Below, piece by piece: positions 1-7,830 of a stretch of DNA of 26,755 bases. The notes under the pieces were generated by a model, which did not search any database, had not been told where the DNA came from, and saw nothing but the letters and a program-made list of their open reading frames with translations. Numbering within the stretch: the first letter of the stretch is position 1; every line of letters begins with the position of its first letter. Origin of the DNA: Thermaceae bacterium (GTDB taxonomy: Bacteria; Deinococcota; Deinococci; Deinococcales; Marinithermaceae); NCBI GenBank assembly GCA_026989475.1, contig JALSJG010000063.1:1-26755 (forward strand), written 5' to 3'. The position numbers were made by a program, and so were the translations under genes.

Positions 1-152
1 GCTCCGGGCCGGGCCCTTAGGGTGAGGTCCTCCCCCGAGAGCTCGAAGGGACGGTGGACGCCCGGGAGCAGCTCGATCGTGCTCCCAGGGGGCGGCGTCG
101 GGGGCGGCGTCTCGCCCGGCGCGATCAGGAGGAGCGCGGCGAGGAACCACAT
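1..152 (-). CDS. Partial (runs off the left edge) putative secreted protein, possibly the N-terminus of a right-handed parallel beta-helix (NosD/pectin-lyase-like) protein
   Basis: Not in the ORF track. Manual translation from ATG at 152 is open to the edge: MWFLAALLLIAPGETPPPTPPPGSTIELLPGVHRPFELSGEDLTLRARPG. It has a hydrophobic leader, a Pro-rich linker and a PGxTIxLxPGxH...LTL pattern typical of beta-helix N-termini. No clear RBS. Confidence 0.5.
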   Translation of the reverse strand, partial: MWFLAALLLIAPGETPPPTPPPGSTIELLPGVHRPFELSGEDLTLRARPG

Positions 153-218
153 GCCATGGGGCGGTATACAACAAGCGCCGCCGCCGTTCTACCTACGAAT
201 TTTTCTCACGAGGGATTC

Positions 219-794
219 TTACCTCGCCGCCGGGAGGCCGGCGTGGTAGAGGGCGGCGAAGCGGATGAGCTCGCTTGCGTTCTTGATCCCGAGCTTGTAC
301 ATCAGGTGGCGGCGGTGGGTGTAGACGGTTTTTTCCTCGATGCCGAGCTTTTCGGCGATCTCGGCGTTGGAAAGCCCCTGCCCCAGGAGCAAGAGCACGG
401 TGCGTTCGGTGGGCGAAAGCCGGTCGGGGCTTGGGGCCTCGATCGAGGCAAGCCCTTTAAGGGCCTCCACCAACCGCTCGGGGGGCGAGTTCTTGGAAAG
501 GAAGGCGGAGGCGCCGAGCTCCTCGGCCCGAGCCTTGAAGGCGGGCTCGTCGTAGGCGGTGAGGACCACCACCGGCAGGTCGGGGTGGGACTCGGCGAGC
601 TCGGCGAGGAAGGCAAGCCCCGGCTTTCCGGGCAGGGAGAGGTCGAGGAGCACCCGCTCCGCCCAGTCGAGGTGGGGCGCCGCCTGCTCGGCGCTCTCGA
701 CCGCCCGGATCTCGGCCTCGGGCAGGACCTCCTCAAGGAGCCGCACCAGCCCCTCGCGAACCAGGGTGTGATCCTCCACCACGAGTATGCGCAC
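219..794 (-). CDS. NarL/LuxR-family response regulator
   Basis: Receiver domain (VVEDH, LLDLSLPG, VVVLT, FLSK) plus LuxR HTH (LSPTERTVL...GLSNAEIAEKLGIEEKTVYTHRRHLMYKLG); GTG start with GGAGGGG upstream. Confidence 0.95.
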   Translation of the reverse strand: MRILVVEDHTLVREGLVRLLEEVLPEAEIRAVESAEQAAPHLDWAERVLLDLSLPGKPGLAFLAELAESHPDLPVVVLTAYDEPAFKARAEELGASAFLSKNSPPERLVEALKGLASIEAPSPDRLSPTERTVLLLLGQGLSNAEIAEKLGIEEKTVYTHRRHLMYKLGIKNASELIRFAALYHAGLPAAR

Positions 795-1689
795 GCGATC
801 CCTCCCCTGCTGGCCAGCGCGCCTCCAGGCGGCCCCCCCCTCCAGGCGCGGGGGAAAGCTCGAGTCTCCCGCCGAGGAGCCGGAGCCGCGCCCTCAGGAT
901 ACCAAGCCCCTGCCCCTCCTTCACCGGACCGGCGAGGCCGCTGCCGTCGTCGGTGACCTCGACCAAGAGCTCGCCGTCCTTTTGCACCCGAACCCAGACC
1001 CGGCGCGCCTGCCCGTGGCGCCGGGCGTTTTCGAGCGCGTGCTGGACGATGCGGTAGACCTCGACCCGCTCGCGCTCGTCGAGCTCGCCCTCGATCTTTA
1101 TTTCAAGCTCAATCCCAAGCCGCTCCGCCCGTGCCCCGAGCGCCTCGGCGAGGGAAAGGTGGTGAAGCTCCGGGGGCGAGAGGTGGTGGATCGCCTGGCG
1201 GAGCGCCTCCTCCGCGCTGGCGATGGCCCGGTCCGCCTCCTCGACCCGTCCCTGGGAGAGCGCCCAGCGGGCGGCGATCAGGTTCTGGACCGCGCCGTCG
1301 TGGATCTCCTGGGCAACGGCGTTCTTCGAGAGCTCCTCGAGCTCCTGGAAATCCCGCTGCAAAGCGAGGAGCTGGTTGATCCGCTCGACCACCCGGTCGG
1401 CGTGCTCCTCCCCCACCGCCTCGAGCCGCCCCTTTCCGGCGGTGAGCGCCTTGAGCTGGTCTTCGAGCCGGGCCCAGGGCGCGAGCAGGGAGCGGAGCAT
1501 CAGGTAGGCGGTGCCGCCGGTGGCGATCGCCGCCAGGGTGGTAAAGAAGAGGTCGAAGAGGTAGTGGTAGCGGTAGTAGATCTGGGCGAGCTCGGGAATC
1601 TCCCGGAAGGCGAGGAGCCAAAAGCCCACCAAAAGGGGGACCAGGTAGGCCACCAAGGCCACCACCATGATGGTGCGGCGTACCTGCAC
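733..1689 (-). CDS. HisKA_3-type (NarX/LiaS-like) membrane sensor histidine kinase
   Basis: Two TM segments, short HAMP-like region, AQEIHD phospho-His, ALENARRH N box, DDGSG G1 and GQGL G2; GAGGAGGGG upstream of the GTG; 3' end overlaps the regulator by 62 nt. Confidence 0.92.
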   Translation of the reverse strand: MQVRRTIMVVALVAYLVPLLVGFWLLAFREIPELAQIYYRYHYLFDLFFTTLAAIATGGTAYLMLRSLLAPWARLEDQLKALTAGKGRLEAVGEEHADRVVERINQLLALQRDFQELEELSKNAVAQEIHDGAVQNLIAARWALSQGRVEEADRAIASAEEALRQAIHHLSPPELHHLSLAEALGARAERLGIELEIKIEGELDERERVEVYRIVQHALENARRHGQARRVWVRVQKDGELLVEVTDDGSGLAGPVKEGQGLGILRARLRLLGGRLELSPAPGGGGRLEARWPAGEGSRAHTRGGGSHPGSRGAGAAP

Positions 1690-1748
1690 GCTTCGATGCT
1701 ACTCCCCTCCTCATTTGGTTCAACCCCCGGTTTTGTAGACTCGGGGCC

Positions 1749-2606
1749 GTGTACGCCCTCCGGGAAGCGCTCTTTGCCATCGTCCGCCACCCGGTGAGCA
1801 GCCTCGCCACCCTGACCACCGCCGCGGTCTCGTTTACCCTGCTCTTGCTCTCGGGGCTTTTTCTTTGGAACTTAGACCGGGTGGTAGGGGCGGCCGAGCG
1901 GGAGCTCCTGATCGCGGTCTTCCTGGAACCGGGCGCGGACCCGGAGGCGACCGCCCGGAGGGTGCGGAACCTGGGGGAGGTGGCGGCAGTGCGGGTGATT
2001 CCGAAAGAAGAGGCCATGGCGGAGCTCGCCCGCGACCAGCCCTGGGTCGCCGAGGTCGCGAAGCTCGTGGAAAACCCCCTCCCCGACACCCTCCTTGTCA
2101 CCCCCCAAAGCGCCGAGGCGGTGGCGGGGCTGGTGCAGCGGCTCGGGACGATTCCCGGGGTGGCGGGGGTGGAGTACGGCGGGCGGCTCACCCTCGAGCT
2201 CGTCCGCCTCGCCCGCGGAATCCGCATCGGGGCGCTCGCGCTCGTCTTCATGCTGATCCTGAACACCTTCTTCAGCGTGATGGGGACGATCCGGCTCTCG
2301 ATCGAAAGCCGCAGGGACGAGCTCGAGGTCATGCAACTGGTCGGCGCCACCCGGGGGATGATCCTTCTCCCTTTCGTCTTCGAGGGGTTTTTGCTCACCC
2401 TGGGGGCGGCGGTGCTGGCGGCGGCGGTGGCGATCCCGGTCTACCGTTACCTGAGCGGGGAGCTGGTGCGGTTTTACCCCTTCGTACCCACGCTCGGGCC
2501 CGCAGACCTCTTGCTCGCGACCGAAGGGCTTTTTCTTCTCGCATTCCTCCTGGGCGCGGTGGGCGGGTGGCTCTCCAGCCGGGCCCGGCTTCGGGAGGCG
2601 GCGTGA
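1749..2606 (+). CDS. ftsX: Cell-division ABC permease FtsX
   Basis: Four-TM layout with a large loop (ENPLPDT, GVEYG) and RRDELEVMQLVGAT...PFVFEG motif; followed by an EnvC-like gene. Confidence 0.92.
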   Translation: MYALREALFAIVRHPVSSLATLTTAAVSFTLLLLSGLFLWNLDRVVGAAERELLIAVFLEPGADPEATARRVRNLGEVAAVRVIPKEEAMAELARDQPWVAEVAKLVENPLPDTLLVTPQSAEAVAGLVQRLGTIPGVAGVEYGGRLTLELVRLARGIRIGALALVFMLILNTFFSVMGTIRLSIESRRDELEVMQLVGATRGMILLPFVFEGFLLTLGAAVLAAAVAIPVYRYLSGELVRFYPFVPTLGPADLLLATEGLFLLAFLLGAVGGWLSSRARLREAA

Positions 2607-3742
2607 AACGGGTCGTGCTTGCCCTTTTCTTCCTGCTCCCGCTGGCCTTCGGCCAGGGACTCGAGGCCGAGCTCAAGCGGGCCGAGGCCCTTCGCAGGGC
2701 AAGGGCGGCGGAGGCGGCGCGCCTTACCGCCGAGCTTAGAGACCTCGACGCCAGGACCCAGGAGCTCCGAAAGAAGATCGCCGCCCTCGACGCGGAGCTC
2801 TCCCGCGTGGCCCGGAGGATCGCCGAGCTCGGGGCCCGGATCCGGGCGCTCAGGGCAGAGATCGAACGTCTAAAGACTGAGGAGGCGAAGAAGGCCCGCT
2901 CCTTCGAGAAAAGGAAACGCGAGCTCGAACGGCTCCTCGTGCTCCTTTGGCAGCAGCGGGCGGCGGGCTACCTACCCGCCATCCGGGCCACCTCGTTCGC
3001 CGAGCTCGCGGCAAAAAGCCGCTGGCTCAGCGCGCTCGGCGCCGCCGAGCTCGACCTCGCCCGGCGGGTGGAGGCCCAGGCCCGGGCCCTGGCCGCGCTC
3101 CGCCGCAAGAAGGCCGCCCTCGAGGCCGAGCTCACGCAAGCCCGCGCCGAGGCCGAAAAGGAGCGAAACCGGCTCAGGGCCCGCCGGAGGGAGCTCACCC
3201 GGCTCCTCGCCGAGCTTAAGGCGCACAAGAAGGCCAAGGCGCTAAAACTCGCCGAGCTCGAGCGGGCGAAAAAGCAGCTCGACGCCGAGATCGCCCGGCT
3301 CAAAAAGGAGCTCGAGGCCGAGCGGGCCCGGGCGCAGAGGGCCGCCCTCGGAGTGCCCAAGGCGCTGGTGGGGCGGCTCCTTTATCCCGTCGCCGGCGGC
3401 CGGATCGAAAAGCGCTACGGGCAGGACGGGCAGGACTTCGAGTGGATCCGGGCCCCGCGCCCCGGCGCGCCGGTGCGGGCGGCGGGGAGTGGGCAGGTCT
3501 TCGCCGTGCTCTACTACGGCAACGTGGGCTGGACGGTGCTGATCCAGCACACCTCCACCCTCTTCACCCAGTACGTCAACCTCCAGGAGCCCCGGGTCGC
3601 CACCGGGGACCACGTCGAGCAGGGCGAGCTCCTCGGCTACCTCGGCGGGGGAGCGCTGATCCCGCCGGACGTGCTCTGGTTCCGGGTGGCGGTCTGGAAA
3701 AACGGCCAGTTTTACTACGTGAACCCCGATCCCTACTTCTGA
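2603..3742 (+). CDS. EnvC-like coiled-coil protein with degenerate M23 domain (probable murein hydrolase activator)
   Basis: True start is likely GTG 2603 (GTGA overlap with the ftsX stop), not 1865. Signal peptide MKRVVLALFFLLPLAFG, long coiled coil, C-terminal M23 fold lacking the zinc-ligand His residues. Confidence 0.85.
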   Translation: MKRVVLALFFLLPLAFGQGLEAELKRAEALRRARAAEAARLTAELRDLDARTQELRKKIAALDAELSRVARRIAELGARIRALRAEIERLKTEEAKKARSFEKRKRELERLLVLLWQQRAAGYLPAIRATSFAELAAKSRWLSALGAAELDLARRVEAQARALAALRRKKAALEAELTQARAEAEKERNRLRARRRELTRLLAELKAHKKAKALKLAELERAKKQLDAEIARLKKELEAERARAQRAALGVPKALVGRLLYPVAGGRIEKRYGQDGQDFEWIRAPRPGAPVRAAGSGQVFAVLYYGNVGWTVLIQHTSTLFTQYVNLQEPRVATGDHVEQGELLGYLGGGALIPPDVLWFRVAVWKNGQFYYVNPDPYF

Positions 3743-4758
3743 GGGAGCGAGACCTCGAAGACGAGCCCGCCGCCCTCGGCGGGCCGGGCCCGCACCCCGC
3801 CCCCCATCGCCTCGGCCAGGGCCCGGACGACCGCGAGGCCGAGGCCGCTTCCGCCGCGGGTCCGGGCGGGGTCCGTGCGGTAGAAGGGCTCGAAGAGCCG
3901 CTCGAGCTCCTCCGGCGGCACCCCGGGGCCGTAATCCCGAACCTCGATCCGGCCGGGCGCGACCCGGACCTCGGCCCGGCCGCCGCCGTGCCTTGCCACG
4001 TTGGTGGCCAGGTTCCAAAGGATCTGACGAAGCCGGTCGGGGTCGGCGAGGGCGGCCCCCTCGCCCTCGAGCCGGTAGCGCCCGGGAAGCACCCGGTCGA
4101 AGACCTCGCGGACGAGGGGGGCGAGCTCCACCGGTTCCCGGGCCAGGGCGAGCCCGCCGGCGGCGGCCACCGAGAGGAGCTCGAGCTCCTCGACCAGCCG
4201 GGTGATCCGATCCACCTCGGCGACGAGCGCCTTCAGGTTGGCGGCGTCCGGGGTCAGCACCCCGTCGGCGAGCGCCTCGAGCTCGGCCTTCAAGACCGCG
4301 AGCGGGGTCCGGAGCTCGTGGGCGGTGGCGGCGAGCTGCCGCTCCTCCCTTGCCCGCTCCTCGGCCAGGCGGTCCGCGAGGGCGTTGAAGGCCGCCGCCA
4401 GCTCGGCGATCTCGTCCCGCCCCCGCACCCGGGCCCGGGCGCTGCGGTCCCCGGCGGCGTAGCGCCTCGCGGTCTCGGTAAGCTCACGGATGGGCCGGGC
4501 GAGGCCAAAAGCGAGCCCCGCCCCCACTACCGCCGCCACCAAGAGCGCGAAGAAAAGCGCCTTCCGGCTTTCTTTCTTGAGCTCCGCGACGAGCCGCTCC
4601 CCGGGACGGAGCCCGGGACGGGGATGGGGCCTCGGCCCCTCGGCGAAGTAGCGGCGCACGTGCTCGGTTTGCACCCGCTCGATCAGCACCAGGGTGAGTC
4701 CGCCCGAGAACAGGGCCACCGCGAGAAAGGCGAGCACCAACCGGGTCGCGATCCTCAC
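3733..4758 (-). CDS. HAMP-domain HisKA sensor kinase (BaeS-like)
   Basis: Two TMs, HAMP, AHELRTP H box, LRQILWNLATN N box, DYGPG G1, FEPFYR F box, GSGLGL G2. Confidence 0.95.
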   Translation of the reverse strand: MRIATRLVLAFLAVALFSGGLTLVLIERVQTEHVRRYFAEGPRPHPRPGLRPGERLVAELKKESRKALFFALLVAAVVGAGLAFGLARPIRELTETARRYAAGDRSARARVRGRDEIAELAAAFNALADRLAEERAREERQLAATAHELRTPLAVLKAELEALADGVLTPDAANLKALVAEVDRITRLVEELELLSVAAAGGLALAREPVELAPLVREVFDRVLPGRYRLEGEGAALADPDRLRQILWNLATNVARHGGGRAEVRVAPGRIEVRDYGPGVPPEELERLFEPFYRTDPARTRGGSGLGLAVVRALAEAMGGGVRARPAEGGGLVFEVSLPQK

Positions 4759-5423
4759 GGCGCCACCCGGTAGCCGATCCCGCGCACGGTCTCGACATTC
4801 CTGGCGCAGGGGCCGAGTTTCTTGCGCAGGTTCTTCACGTGGGCGTCCACCGTCCGCTCGTCCACGTAGGCCTCGCCGAGGGCGTCGAGGATCTCCCTCC
4901 GGGAAAGCGCCCGCCCCTCGGCGGCGAGGAGCGCCCTTAGGATCTTGAACTCGCTCGGGGTGAGGGGGACCTCGCGCCCGCCGCAGGTAACCCGCACCGC
5001 GCCGGCGTCGAGCTCGAGCTCCCCCGCGCGGTAGCGCTCCTGGCGCTTGGCCTCGGGGCGGCTCCGGCGGAGTACCGCCTTGACCCGGGCCACCACCTCC
5101 CGGGGGGAGAAGGGCTTGGTGACGTAGTCGTCGGCCCCGAGCTCGAGCCCAAGGATCCGATCGAGCTCGGCGCTCTTCGCCGTCACCATGATGATCGGCA
5201 CCCCTGAGCGCGCCCGCACCCGCCGGGTGAACTCGAGGCCGTCGAGCCCGGGGAGCATCAGGTCCAGAAGCACGAGGTCCGGCTCGAAACGACGAAAGAG
5301 GGCGAGCGCCTCACGACCGTCCCTCGCCCGCTCGGTGACGAAGCCCTCGGCAGTAAGGTAGCGGGCGAGCACCTCGGCGATCCGGGGCTCGTCCTCGACG
5401 ATCAGGATGCGCTCGCCCGCCAT
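4755..5423 (-). CDS. OmpR/PhoB-family response regulator (BaeR-like)
   Basis: IVEDE, LLDLMLPGLDG, GADDYVTKPFS, winged helix ERTVDAHVKNLRKKL...VRGIGY; 4-nt overlap with the kinase. Confidence 0.96.
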   Translation of the reverse strand: MAGERILIVEDEPRIAEVLARYLTAEGFVTERARDGREALALFRRFEPDLVLLDLMLPGLDGLEFTRRVRARSGVPIIMVTAKSAELDRILGLELGADDYVTKPFSPREVVARVKAVLRRSRPEAKRQERYRAGELELDAGAVRVTCGGREVPLTPSEFKILRALLAAEGRALSRREILDALGEAYVDERTVDAHVKNLRKKLGPCARNVETVRGIGYRVAP

Positions 5424-5432
5424 GCCCTTAGC

Positions 5433-5981
5433 TTACCGGCCGGGCCCCCGCCCCGCCGGCGGCGCGTGGTCGGGGCAGTTCCCCTGACCGGGGCCCCCGG
5501 GGCCCTTCGCGTGCAGGATCTCTTCCACCACCTGGAGTTTTTCCATGACCTGCTCGGGTTTCAGCAGAAGCGCCCGGACCCGGGCGATCTCCTCGGGGGT
5601 GTAGTCGGGGGCTTCGGCAGCGAAGTTCGCGTTCTTCCACTGGGTCTTGAGCCAGTTGAGCAGGGCCGCCACTTCCTCATCGCGCATCGCCGCCGCGAAG
5701 CCGGGCATTTCTCCGTCGTAGGTTACGCCCCGCTGCACCAGCTCACCTTTAAGGCCAAAAAGCACGGCGGCCACGAGAAACTCCCTCCCCTCGGGCAACG
5801 TAGAAAGCCGCCCGATGGGGCCGTCGATGAAGGGGTAGGTCCCGGGAATGCCTTGCCCATCTTCCTGGTGGCAGCTCGCGCAGTAGGTCCGGTAGAGCGC
5901 CGCGCCGTCCGCGGCGAATGTCGGCACCGCACCCAGGAGGGTCAGGCTGCTCAGCAACACCACCACAAAACCTCGCTTCAT
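5433..5981 (-). CDS. Class I c-type cytochrome, cytochrome c552-like, with C-terminal Gly/Pro/Cys/His tail
   Basis: Sec signal (..TFA|ADG), single CxxCH (CASCH), GQGIPGTYP, distal Met in GEMPGF; GGAGGTGA RBS. Resembles Thermus c552 by eye. Confidence 0.9.
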   Translation of the reverse strand: MKRGFVVVLLSSLTLLGAVPTFAADGAALYRTYCASCHQEDGQGIPGTYPFIDGPIGRLSTLPEGREFLVAAVLFGLKGELVQRGVTYDGEMPGFAAAMRDEEVAALLNWLKTQWKNANFAAEAPDYTPEEIARVRALLLKPEQVMEKLQVVEEILHAKGPGGPGQGNCPDHAPPAGRGPGR

Positions 5982-6032
5982 CTCCGATCACCTCCGGAAG
6001 AAAGCCTAGGCCCGGGCGGATCAAGCCCGGAC

Positions 6033-6058
6033 GAAGGTTTGGTGAAGGTTTCGTGAAG
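6033..6058 (-). promoter_or_regulatory. Tandem direct repeats with 11-bp period (candidate OmpR-family binding site) upstream of a -10 candidate TAGGCT at 6003-6008
   Basis: Plus strand GAAGGTTT at 6033 and 6044, and GAAG at 6055; the position upstream of a poor -35 fits an activator site. Confidence 0.6.
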
Positions 6059-6534
6059 CTAGCGCCGGTACCGCCCTATCCACTCGGCCTCGGCGAGGAT
6101 GGCCATGCGGGAAAGCCGCCGATCCTCCACCCGGGGATGGGTTTTCAGCCCGAAGCGCCGGAAGAAGTAGCGGTGGGCCGGGCGGCCCGGGGACAGGCGC
6201 CGCCGTAGCCCACCCGGCCGAAGTCGTTCGTCCCTTGGAGGAAATCCCGGTACCTTGCCCTCCCCGGCACCCCCTCGGGGAGTCCGGTCCTGGCGGGAGG
6301 AAGGTCGTAGACCGCCCAGTGGTCGAAGGGGCCGCCGGGAGCGTCGGGGTCGAGCACGAGCAGGCCGGTGTTCCGGGGTACGCCCAGGAAGACGAGGGGC
6401 GGGCTCCGATCGGCGCCGTCAGGGGTGTAAACCCGGGGGATCCAACCTCCGTCATCGAAGGCCGGGCTCTTCACCCCGAGCTAGGCGTAGGCCGGCGCCC
6501 AAACGAGGGCGAGGCCCAAGGCGAGCCGGCGCAC
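6059..6534 (-). pseudogene. YbhB/YbcL (PEBP/Raf-kinase-inhibitor-like) secreted protein, disrupted
   Basis: GTG 6534 gives signal peptide MRRLALGLALVWAPAYA, then in-frame TAG (6481-6483), then LGVKSPAF...DPDAPGGPFDHW...GTNDFG..GYGGACP. A 1-nt frameshift near the G4 run at 6189-6192 restores CPPGRPAHRYFFR...ILAEAEWIGRY to a stop at 6059-6061. Confidence 0.85.
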
Positions 6535-6536
6535 GG

Positions 6537-7082
6537 CTACCTCCGGGGCTCGATCAACCCGTAGTTGCCGTCTTTACGCCGGTAGATCACGTTGATCTCG
6601 CCGGTGTCGGCGTTCTCGAAGACGAAGAAGGTGTGGCCCAGGGCCTCCATCTGCACCGCCGCGTCCTCGGGGGACATCGGCTTCATCTCAAAGCGCTTGA
6701 CGCGCACGATCTCGGGAACGAAGGGCTCCTCGGGCTCCGCCGGCGGGGGCGCCGGGGGCTGCCCGAGCGCGGTGTGGCGCTTGCCCATGAGCCGGCCCTT
6801 GAAGCGCTTGAGCTGCTTTTCGAGCACCTCCACCGCCCGGTCGATGGCGGCGTAGAGGTCGGGGTCTTCCTCCTCGACCCGGATGAGGCCGCCGGGGACG
6901 TTGAGCTGGATCTCGGCCTTGGCGCGACGCTCGACGTGGGGGCTGCCCGCCAGCGAGAGCACCGCTTTCGCGTCCTGGATGCCGTCGAAGTAGCGCTCGA
7001 GGCGGGCAAGCTTCTTTTCCAGATAGCTGCGGATGGCGTCGGTAATCTCGACGTTGCGACCGACGAGCTTGTAGATCTGCAT
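6537..7082 (-). CDS. hpf: Long-form ribosome hibernation promoting factor (RaiA/HPF)
   Basis: GRNVEITDAIRSYLEKKL, DLYAAIDRAV N-domain plus C-terminal KPMSPEDAAVQMEALGHTFFVF..YRRKDGNYGLIEP; strong AAAGGAGGGG RBS. Confidence 0.96.
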   Translation of the reverse strand: MQIYKLVGRNVEITDAIRSYLEKKLARLERYFDGIQDAKAVLSLAGSPHVERRAKAEIQLNVPGGLIRVEEEDPDLYAAIDRAVEVLEKQLKRFKGRLMGKRHTALGQPPAPPPAEPEEPFVPEIVRVKRFEMKPMSPEDAAVQMEALGHTFFVFENADTGEINVIYRRKDGNYGLIEPRR

Positions 7083-7111
7083 CGTCCCCTCCTTTCCCCT
7101 TCGCCCTCATT

Positions 7112-7783
7112 TTAGCCGAGCCGCCGGTCGGCCACGACTTGGCCCGCGCGAAGGGCCACCACCCGCCTCGGGTAGGCGCGAACGAGCTCCTGGGCGTGGG
7201 TGGCGAAGACCACGGTGGCGCCCTTGGCGTGGGCGAGCTTGAAGAGCTCGAGCACCGCGAGCGCGTTCTCCCGGTCGAGGTTGCCGGTGGGCTCGTCGGC
7301 GAGCAAAATCTTGGGCTCGGGCAAAAGCGCCCGGGCCACCGCCACCCGCTGAGCCTCCCCTACCGAGAGCTGGTGGGGAAAGGCCCTCCGCTTGTGGGCA
7401 AGCCCCACGGTGCGGAGCGCCCGGGTGATCCGCTCCGCCCAGTACCGCCGGGGCACCCCCTGGACCCGGAGCACGAAGGCGAGGTTTTCTTCCACCGTGC
7501 GGGCGGGCAGGAGCCGGTGGTCCTGGAAGACCACCCCCACCTGGCGCCGGTAAAGGGCGATCCGGTTGCCCCTCAGCTTGCGGAGGTTGGTGCCCTCGAC
7601 GTAGACCGCCCCCTCGGTGGGGACGAGCCTCCGCAAAATGAGCGCGAGCAGGCTCGACTTCCCCGCCCCCGAAGGCCCCACCAGGAAGACGAACTCGCCG
7701 CGGCGGATCTCGAGGTTCACGTCGTAGAGCGCGAGCGTCTTGGTCCCGGGGTAGGCGAGGGAGACCCGGTGCAGGTGAATCAC
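7112..7783 (-). CDS. ftsE: Cell-division ABC ATPase FtsE
   Basis: Walker A GPSGAGKS, RRQVGVVFQDHRLL (FtsE-typical), signature LSVGEAQR, ADEPTGNLD, ATH. Confidence 0.88.
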   Translation of the reverse strand: MIHLHRVSLAYPGTKTLALYDVNLEIRRGEFVFLVGPSGAGKSSLLALILRRLVPTEGAVYVEGTNLRKLRGNRIALYRRQVGVVFQDHRLLPARTVEENLAFVLRVQGVPRRYWAERITRALRTVGLAHKRRAFPHQLSVGEAQRVAVARALLPEPKILLADEPTGNLDRENALAVLELFKLAHAKGATVVFATHAQELVRAYPRRVVALRAGQVVADRRLG

Positions 7784-7830
7784 GCCCTTAGCGTACTGGT
7801 TCTCATGTCCCCGCCGTTAGAATGTCGGGC
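7784..7830. promoter_or_regulatory. Back-to-back -10 boxes for divergent, probably leaderless ftsE and S41 protease genes
   Basis: Minus strand TACGCT (7790-7795) 6 nt before GTG 7783; plus strand TAGAAT (7818-7823) 7 nt before ATG 7831. Confidence 0.65.

Noticed and set aside
1865-2602. N-terminal 246 aa of the 625-aa ORF
   Set aside because: Out-of-frame overlap with ftsX giving Gly/Arg-rich nonsense; the real gene starts at GTG 2603 with a signal peptide.
6481-6483. Programmed amber readthrough (pyrrolysine-like) in the YbhB gene
   Set aside because: A second independent frameshift is present and no pyl genes are seen; pseudogenisation is simpler.
1701-7114. Shared TCCCCTCCT and CTCATTT words at about 1703-1716 and 7085-7112 as inversion breakpoints
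   Set aside because: They are in direct, not inverted, orientation and are explained by Shine-Dalgarno sequences on the minus strand.
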